From NCBI GenBank assembly GCA_964429275.1, contig CAYSBJ010000002.1:124001-176244 (forward strand): a stretch of 52,244 nt of DNA. Reading direction: 5' to 3'. How positions within the stretch are numbered: the first letter of the stretch is position 1; each line of letters starts with the position of its first letter. Shown one piece after another: positions 45,920 to 52,244 of the stretch. The position numbers were made by a program, and so were the translations under genes. The DNA comes from an uncultured Pseudomonadota bacterium. GTDB taxonomy: Bacteria > Babelota > Babeliae > Babelales > JAUPTZ01. Under the pieces are notes generated by a model. The model worked only from the letters and a program-made list of their open reading frames with translations. It was not told the DNA's origin and did not search any database.

Positions 45920-46831
45920 ATGAAAATAAAAATGGTTCTTTCCGGTATGATTTTTGCGGGCTTACTTGGGAGTTTCGTCCCGATAGCTTTCAATGCACCG
46001 TTGGAAAAAGGGTCTGGTATCACGCATTACGATATGTTGCCGGAAGAGAGCAAAGATATTTTAAAGAAGAGCGAGTGGCTTGAAGGGCCGTCGAAAGGTG
46101 ATATTTTGAAAGCATTTCTCTGGCTCGGAGGTTCATTGGCAGCGCGCAAATATATCACAACTATTTTAAAGCGTGATAAGCAAGCATGTCAGCTTAAATT
46201 GCAGCGGCAACACGTTGGGCAAGGAGCTGTCAACCCGATGGCGCAGTTGCTTCGTGCTTTGCAAATGCAACAAGGAGGAGAGGGTGGTATGCCAGAGATG
46301 CCAACCGAACCGGAGCTTGAAGCAGCAGAGCCGATTGCCGAAGAAGAACTTGCCTGGAATCCGCATGATATCTTGTCACCCGGTAAGCGTAAGTTTTTGT
46401 CTGTACTCTCATGGGTAGTGACCGCTGTGGCGGTTCTCAGTGTGATTAACGTTGCCGACCGTTTAAAAGATGCATACCGTGGCAATACGGTGCCATCGGC
46501 AGTCCGTAGCCACATCAATCGTCATGGCGAAATTGATAAAAAAGTTGCGGATGCACGTACGGTTATCGCAGATAATCCTGGCTTTGCAGTACAGATTGCA
46601 CGTGAATTGCATAAAGAGTATGGTTTGAACAGCTTACGAGGAGTTGGAGGCAGTGATCAGGGGGAGACTATGGCAAAAGTGCTTTCGGCTCGTAATGAAG
46701 ACACCACGAAAGTAATCCGTGAATTAAATGAATTGCGCAAAAACAGTGCACTTATTAACTTTGCTAACCGCAGCGGATTGAACGTGCTCGGCTGGTTTGC
46801 GTATAAGCTTCATGGACTTAAGAAGTCCTAA
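45920..46831 (+). CDS. Hypothetical membrane/exported protein
   Basis: N-terminal hydrophobic leader and internal TM FLSVLSWVVTAVAVLSVI. Confidence 0.75.
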   Translation: MKIKMVLSGMIFAGLLGSFVPIAFNAPLEKGSGITHYDMLPEESKDILKKSEWLEGPSKGDILKAFLWLGGSLAARKYITTILKRDKQACQLKLQRQHVGQGAVNPMAQLLRALQMQQGGEGGMPEMPTEPELEAAEPIAEEELAWNPHDILSPGKRKFLSVLSWVVTAVAVLSVINVADRLKDAYRGNTVPSAVRSHINRHGEIDKKVADARTVIADNPGFAVQIARELHKEYGLNSLRGVGGSDQGETMAKVLSARNEDTTKVIRELNELRKNSALINFANRSGLNVLGWFAYKLHGLKKS

Positions 46832-47964
46832 TTTTTCTTAAACGCTACCTGGTTCCATTGCGAATAGACTGTATCAAACATCGATCGCACACTATTTTTG
46901 AGTGCTTTGCGGCGGTGTTCTGGGTTAAGTGCTATCCGCTTTGGAATAAGTCGGTCGGCTGCATAGGGAATACCACTGTAAATTGCAGATCCCGATATCC
47001 CATCAACCAGTACGTTTGCCCAGGCGTTGGGAGAGAAATCAGAGCCTCCGAACATCATGCCGCCGCTGGTGCCACTAAAAAACGGGAAAACATATGAAGA
47101 TATGAGGAGTGGTTGATACAGGGCATGCGACTTGTCCAAGAACCCGCGGCCCAAAATAAAGGGGTTTATAATGCGAAGAACCGCGCTTCGCATAAATCTG
47201 CCTGACAATTTGCCTTCCTTGCTGTAGAGCAAGGTGCCGGCTGTCAAAATTGCAACTATTTTTGGCAGCAAATTTTCCGCAAGTCGCTGAATATACGAGG
47301 AAATTCCTTTTGGGGAATACTCGTTAATTGCCCCAACACTCAGCGCCCGAGCAATGCCAAGGCCAAAAAGTTTCATAAAATTTTTTGAGCTGAGGTCGAT
47401 TGACCCGATTCTCTTAAACCGTTCTTTGATGGTCGGCAGTTTTGTGCCTTTATCGTTTCCCTCCTTATCCTTAATGCTGTTTTCGATGAGGAAGAATGAG
47501 GTTTCTACGATGCTCAAGAGAATTAGTCGTTTGATAAGCGTTTTTGTTTTAGTCGGTGCCAGGAGGTTTGGCATGGCCCGGGTAAAGAGTCCCATCGATT
47601 CTTCGAGTGGCAATTCTTTCTGCGGTGCCGATGAGCGATTTGCTCTGGTCACCTGAGAAAGGGCATCGGTAAGTACCTGACTACACTGTTTGGCAAGCTG
47701 CTCGGTGGTGGCATCATCAAGTTCCTTAATATTTTGGAACGCCGCCCGATGCTCGATAAAAAAAGTGTTTATTTTCTTAAAGGCATCAAATGACTCTTGG
47801 TTATCGGTGGCTTGTGCGGAGGCCTGGCAGCGCTTGGAGAGGGCAACAAAGTTTTTAAGGCTTGCGCGTGTTGTTTCAACCTGGCTCAATGGTCCAATGG
47901 CGGTGCTGGTTGCAACTGAAACAGTCGCGGAAAATACGAGAGAAAAAAGTAATGATTTCTTCAC
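46828..47964 (-). CDS. Hypothetical exported protein
   Basis: GTG start after AGGAG; signal peptide MKKSLLFSLVFSATVSVATSTA. Confidence 0.78.
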   Translation of the reverse strand: MKKSLLFSLVFSATVSVATSTAIGPLSQVETTRASLKNFVALSKRCQASAQATDNQESFDAFKKINTFFIEHRAAFQNIKELDDATTEQLAKQCSQVLTDALSQVTRANRSSAPQKELPLEESMGLFTRAMPNLLAPTKTKTLIKRLILLSIVETSFFLIENSIKDKEGNDKGTKLPTIKERFKRIGSIDLSSKNFMKLFGLGIARALSVGAINEYSPKGISSYIQRLAENLLPKIVAILTAGTLLYSKEGKLSGRFMRSAVLRIINPFILGRGFLDKSHALYQPLLISSYVFPFFSGTSGGMMFGGSDFSPNAWANVLVDGISGSAIYSGIPYAADRLIPKRIALNPEHRRKALKNSVRSMFDTVYSQWNQVAFKKN

Positions 47965-48043
47965 AAAAACTCCTGAGATACGCTAATTATTAGCGATATA
48001 GACTGATTTAATTATAGCGAATATCGCAAAGAAAGGAAGCAAG

Positions 48044-48634
48044 ATGTACACCCCTTGGTCGGTAATAGTCCAGGAATTAGTCGCAGGTGGCAGTTCCAGG
48101 ACTCCAGATATTGTACGGTTCGCGTATGCACACAAGGCATCCGGTGGCGTACTTTTTCAGTCTTTAGCGCAGGTTCTTATGTCGTGTGATCCCAAGCAGG
48201 GCTTGCTGACCCAAGGATATTCCTTGGCCTGGTATCTGAGGGAGCGAGAGTGGCTTGCCTTGACCGGGTGCGCCCATGACTCTTTGATGTTTCCTTCATT
48301 GCGCATGACGGCGCTTGCAGCTCTATTAACGGCAGCTATTTACTTGGACGATACTGTTGCATTAGTTGCTTCTGGCGAGCGGGCTTGCCGGTATCATGAG
48401 GATGGAGTGCTTTCTCAACCACAGTTAATATCATTATTTTTTCAAGCAATTGTGCCATATTACCCAAAAAAGCAGCGTGGCGAAGAGATTTTTTTGCTTC
48501 GGCAGGTTCTGCATGCCTACCGTCCTGCCTTTAATCACTTACTCTACACGTACCTGCAGACGAACTTGCACGCCTATACTACGGACATAGCTCAAGAGCT
48601 CATTGGTCAGCCTGATGTTTTCTCGTGCAGTTAG
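48044..48634 (+). CDS. Hypothetical protein
   Basis: AAGGAAG RBS; fills an otherwise empty 500-bp gap; the 3' end overlaps dnaE convergently by 96 bp. Confidence 0.55.
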   Translation: MYTPWSVIVQELVAGGSSRTPDIVRFAYAHKASGGVLFQSLAQVLMSCDPKQGLLTQGYSLAWYLREREWLALTGCAHDSLMFPSLRMTALAALLTAAIYLDDTVALVASGERACRYHEDGVLSQPQLISLFFQAIVPYYPKKQRGEEIFLLRQVLHAYRPAFNHLLYTYLQTNLHAYTTDIAQELIGQPDVFSCS

Positions 48635-51600
48635 TTGCACGGTCTTGCCGTTTTCTTCCCACTGTAGGCCATAGGCTGTGCTGCCAGGGCCACATTTTTC
48701 TTTGAATACTGACAAAACATCGCGTGATGCCGGTGTTTTGAAAATAAAAAGGGCTTGGGCAATGCCACTGTCGAGTGCGGTTTCAAGGGGGATGAGGGCG
48801 TTGGCCTTAATTTTGCATTGTTGTTGGGCGGCAATATCAAGTGCGCCAACCACAATAAACTCGTTAAATTGGCTGAGTAATGCACTGACTTTGGCGTAGA
48901 CTCGCGGGAAAATAATGACCTCGCATGGTCCGGAAAGGTCTTCCATTTGGGCAAAGGCCATTTTGTCACCAGCCTTGGTGGTGATGACCTTGCTTGTTTG
49001 CAAGAGGCCGCAGGTGACGACGAGCGGCTCCGCGGTATATTTCTTCTCTACGACGCTGCTGTGAAGATTTTTGTATAGGTCTGGTTTTATCGCGTCTAGA
49101 ATAAACTGAAAACTACCGAGCGGATGGCCACTTAAATAAAAGCCAATAACCTCTTTTTCTTTTTCTAATTTGTCGCGACTTGACCACTCAGGGAGTGGCG
49201 TAAAGGCATACTTTTGAGCTGCTGCTTGTGCCGGGGCCAGCGCGGTGAAAAGGCTGATTTGGCCGGTTTTTGAGCGTTCTTTTTCATCGGCTGCTTGGCC
49301 AATGATTGTTTCAAGCTCAACAATTTTTTGAGACCGATAACCGGGCATTGCGTCAAAAGCGCCAGCGCAAATAAGGCTTTCAATAACTCGTTTGTTTACG
49401 CACCGCAAATCGACGCTGAGGCAGAAGTTGTAGAGATCGGTGAAGGGCTTTTTTTTGCGAGTTTCTATGATGTTGGCAATAGCGGCCTCACCAACGTTTT
49501 TTATGCCACGCAGGCCAAAAAGAATACCGTCTTTGGTTGCGGTGAAAAGCTCATCTGATTGATTAATATCCGGAGGCAAGATAGTAATGCCCATCTCATG
49601 CGCTTCTTGAAGATAAGCAGTCATTTTGTCTGGGTTGCTTGTTTCAAAAGAGAGCACTGCGGCCATAAATTCGCACGGATAGTTTGCTTTGAGGTAGGCA
49701 GTATGATAGGCGATCAGGGCATAGGCAGTTGAGTGGGACTTGTTAAAGCCGTAGCCTGCAAAGTAGGCCATCAGGTCAAAGAGGTCGCCAGCTTTTTTCT
49801 CATCAAACTTGAGTGTTTTAGCGCCGGCGACAAAGGCAAGTTTTTGTTCTGCCATTACTTCAGCTTTTTTCTTACCCATCGCACGACGGAGAATATCTGC
49901 ACCACCCAGTGAGTAGCCGGCGATAGTGGACGCAATACGCATAACTTGCTCTTGGTATACAATAACTCCGTAGGTTTCTCCAAGTATCGGTTCAAGTTCT
50001 GGGAAGGCGTACGTGGTTTTTTTGCGGCCGTGTCGTCGATCGATAAAGTCGTCCACCATCCCTGAGCCAAGTGGTCCTGGGCGGTAGAGAGCGTTTACTG
50101 CAATAAGGTCTTCAAAACGGGACGGTTGGAGCTTGTAGAGGACTTCTTTAATACCGCTCGATTCAAATTGGAATACGCAGCTGCTTTTGCCGAGACAGAG
50201 GAGGTCAAAAGTTTTCTTGTCATCGAGTGGTAATTTGTCCAGGTTGATCCGGATGTCATGATTTTTTTCGATACTATCAAGCGCCTTATTGATTACCGTC
50301 AAGTTCGTCAGGCCTAAGAAGTCCATCTTCAGAAAGCCGAGTGATTCAAGGTCTGTCATTGTGTACTGCGTCACCAATTCATTTGTTTTTGGTGGTATGT
50401 AGAGGGGTAGTACATCGCGGAGCGGTTCTGGCGAAATTACGACGCCGGCTGCATGCTTTGAAGCGTGGCGAGTAAGTCCTTCAAGTTTGAAACAGATATC
50501 CATCAGGTGTTTGATATCTGGGTCTGATTGCATAAGTTCTTTGAATTTTGGTTCCTGCTCCAGGCATTCTTCCAGCGTAATTTTGAGCTGGTCTGGGACG
50601 AGATCGGTCAAATTGTTGGCGTCCTGAAACGGAAAACCGAGCGTGCGCGCCACGTCTTTGATAACCCCTTTTGCCATCATCGTACCAAAGGTAATGATCT
50701 GGCACACCGCGTCATGGCCGTATTTGTCTTTTACGTAGTTAATAACTTTTTCCCGGCCATCGATGCAAAAGTCGATATCGATATCCGGCATGCTGACCCG
50801 TTCTGGGTTTAGGAATCGCTCGAAGAGAAGATTATATTTGATTGGGTCTACGTTGGTAATTTTTAATGCCCAAGCAACTAGTGAACCGGCAGCAGAGCCG
50901 CGCCCCGGGCCTACGGGAATATCGTTCTTTTTTGCCCAGGAGATGAAATCGGATACAATCAGGAAGTAGCCGATGTAGCCCATTTTTATGATGAGGTCCA
51001 CCTCTTCGGTCAGACGTGCATCGTATACCGCGTATTCTTCTTTGGGGATCAGGTCATTCTGCTTAATTTCGGCGAGGCCTTCATGGCATAACTCACTAAA
51101 AAAAGAGGCTTCTGTGTGCTTTTCTGGAATAGGGTATTGCGGGAAAAACAGCTTGCCGGTTTCAAAAGTGAAGTCGCAGCGATCGGCAATTTCGCCGGTG
51201 CGCCAGACGGCATCATGGTTATTGGGAAACTGTTCAAGTAGATATTCAGGTGTTTTTACGTAGCCGCGAAAGTCGCCAAAGGTCATGCGGTCAGCATCTG
51301 ACATCAGATGCTTTGTTTGAACGGCAAGCAATATTTCGTGTGCCTCATGATCCGCTTGGTGCAGGTAGTGTGAATCGGCTGTCACAATGCAGTCAGCGCC
51401 GAGCTTTTTGCCGGCCTCAATGAGCAAATTGTTTGTACGTTCCTGTTTTTTGCCTTGTTCGCTGTTTTCAAAGCCAGGGATGTTTAGCTCACTTGGCATA
51501 AGTTCAAGGAAAAAGCGATCGCGCCCAAATACGTCCAGTCCCCACTGAATCCATTTTTCTCCCTCTTCTTGTTCGCCGTGGCGCATCAGTGAAGGAATGT

Positions 51601-52021
51601 GACCGCCAAGACATGCGGTGGATACAATTAAGCCCTTGTTGAATTTTTCGAGTGCGGCATAGTCGATCCGTGGCTTAAAGTAAAAGCCATCTTGATAGGC
51701 GTACGCCATGAGCCGGCAGAGGTTTTGGTAGCCTTCGCGGTTTTGCACGATAAGGATAAGATGATGGTATTTTTCTTGAGCGTTTTTTACTGCTACATCT
51801 GGCGTAAAATACATTTCACAGCCAAGGATAGGTTTGATTTTGCGCTTTTTTGCTTCTTCAAAAAATTTGACCGCGCCAAAAATGTTGCCGTGATCGGACA
51901 TGCCGATTGCTTTCCATCCTTGCTCTTGGGCAAATTGCATGAGATCGGGGATGCGGATGGCGCCGTCAAGAAGCGAGAATTCGGTATGCAGGTGGAGATG
52001 GGTAAAGTGCTTTTGGCTCAT
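48539..52021 (-). CDS. dnaE: DNA polymerase III alpha subunit
   Basis: PHP domain HLHLHTEFSLLDGA, GPGRGSAAGS, RVSMPDIDIDF, KMDFLGL, YGFNKSHS and an OB domain. Confidence 0.98.
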   Translation of the reverse strand: MSQKHFTHLHLHTEFSLLDGAIRIPDLMQFAQEQGWKAIGMSDHGNIFGAVKFFEEAKKRKIKPILGCEMYFTPDVAVKNAQEKYHHLILIVQNREGYQNLCRLMAYAYQDGFYFKPRIDYAALEKFNKGLIVSTACLGGHIPSLMRHGEQEEGEKWIQWGLDVFGRDRFFLELMPSELNIPGFENSEQGKKQERTNNLLIEAGKKLGADCIVTADSHYLHQADHEAHEILLAVQTKHLMSDADRMTFGDFRGYVKTPEYLLEQFPNNHDAVWRTGEIADRCDFTFETGKLFFPQYPIPEKHTEASFFSELCHEGLAEIKQNDLIPKEEYAVYDARLTEEVDLIIKMGYIGYFLIVSDFISWAKKNDIPVGPGRGSAAGSLVAWALKITNVDPIKYNLLFERFLNPERVSMPDIDIDFCIDGREKVINYVKDKYGHDAVCQIITFGTMMAKGVIKDVARTLGFPFQDANNLTDLVPDQLKITLEECLEQEPKFKELMQSDPDIKHLMDICFKLEGLTRHASKHAAGVVISPEPLRDVLPLYIPPKTNELVTQYTMTDLESLGFLKMDFLGLTNLTVINKALDSIEKNHDIRINLDKLPLDDKKTFDLLCLGKSSCVFQFESSGIKEVLYKLQPSRFEDLIAVNALYRPGPLGSGMVDDFIDRRHGRKKTTYAFPELEPILGETYGVIVYQEQVMRIASTIAGYSLGGADILRRAMGKKKAEVMAEQKLAFVAGAKTLKFDEKKAGDLFDLMAYFAGYGFNKSHSTAYALIAYHTAYLKANYPCEFMAAVLSFETSNPDKMTAYLQEAHEMGITILPPDINQSDELFTATKDGILFGLRGIKNVGEAAIANIIETRKKKPFTDLYNFCLSVDLRCVNKRVIESLICAGAFDAMPGYRSQKIVELETIIGQAADEKERSKTGQISLFTALAPAQAAAQKYAFTPLPEWSSRDKLEKEKEVIGFYLSGHPLGSFQFILDAIKPDLYKNLHSSVVEKKYTAEPLVVTCGLLQTSKVITTKAGDKMAFAQMEDLSGPCEVIIFPRVYAKVSALLSQFNEFIVVGALDIAAQQQCKIKANALIPLETALDSGIAQALFIFKTPASRDVLSVFKEKCGPGSTAYGLQWEENGKTVQLTARENIRLTNELLSYVRSIGVQVRLQVRVE

Positions 52022-52176
52022 TGCTAATTGTGTGCTTCTGCTGCGCGTTGAAATGTGAGGGAGAAAAATGAGCGGTCATGCTAACAGATTGCGGTTTTTC
52101 ATGCAACACGACCTTGCATTCACCTTAATTTCCCTGTACCGTAGCGGCCTCAATACACAAATATAGGTCAACTCTT

Positions 52177-52244
52177 ATGTATACATTCAAAAAAGCATTT
52201 TTCATCTTAACTTTTGCCATTTTCGCCGTGGCCCATGGTTCTGC
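52177..52244 (+). CDS. 5' end of an exported protein, truncated by the window edge
   Basis: MYTFKKAFFILTFAIFAVAHGS is a typical signal peptide, and the frame is open to the window end. Confidence 0.55.
   Translation, partial: MYTFKKAFFILTFAIFAVAHGS

Noticed and set aside
48539..52021. Intein or split in dnaE
   Set aside because: Normal length of 1160 aa with contiguous motifs and no intein boundary motifs seen.
421..52027. Numerous 60-200 aa ORFs nested in or antisense to long genes (e.g. 3996-4496, 32699-33295, 44288-44776)
   Set aside because: Shadow frames of well-supported genes, without RBS or motifs.

Overview
Bacterial chromosomal window with the hallmarks of an intracellular, probably protist-associated bacterium, most consistent with Candidatus Dependentiae/Babelota (TM6). 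This placement is inferred from gene content, not a database hit. Housekeeping genes (lon, htpX, hspR-like, lepA, argS, pgsA, ssb, rplU, trkA/trkH, glyQS, hup, tatD, rnhA, tRNA-Ile2(CAU), hflX, dnaE) are interspersed with a TLC/NTT nucleotide transporter, an ankyrin protein and about 20 ORFs with N-terminal signal-peptide-like leaders. The main anomaly is a 12.4 kb operon (29376-41776) of six MutS-related ATPases. They lack mismatch-recognition domains, carry signal peptides, and have a hydrophobic hairpin where the DNA clamp normally sits. They form three tightly coupled gene pairs (A-B, A'-B', C-D), and the last pair shows complementary degeneration of the composite ATPase site, suggesting obligate asymmetric heterodimers with a non-repair function. 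Other notable items: an RBS-sequestering hairpin overlapping a possible internal promoter in that operon; a signal-peptide gene split by a G11 tract; an IQ-motif coiled-coil protein next to a secreted kinase-like protein; a pair of exported SDR paralogues, one degenerate; an RPE/REP-like palindrome; and a 31-bp duplication of the tRNA promoter bracketing a gene fragment.
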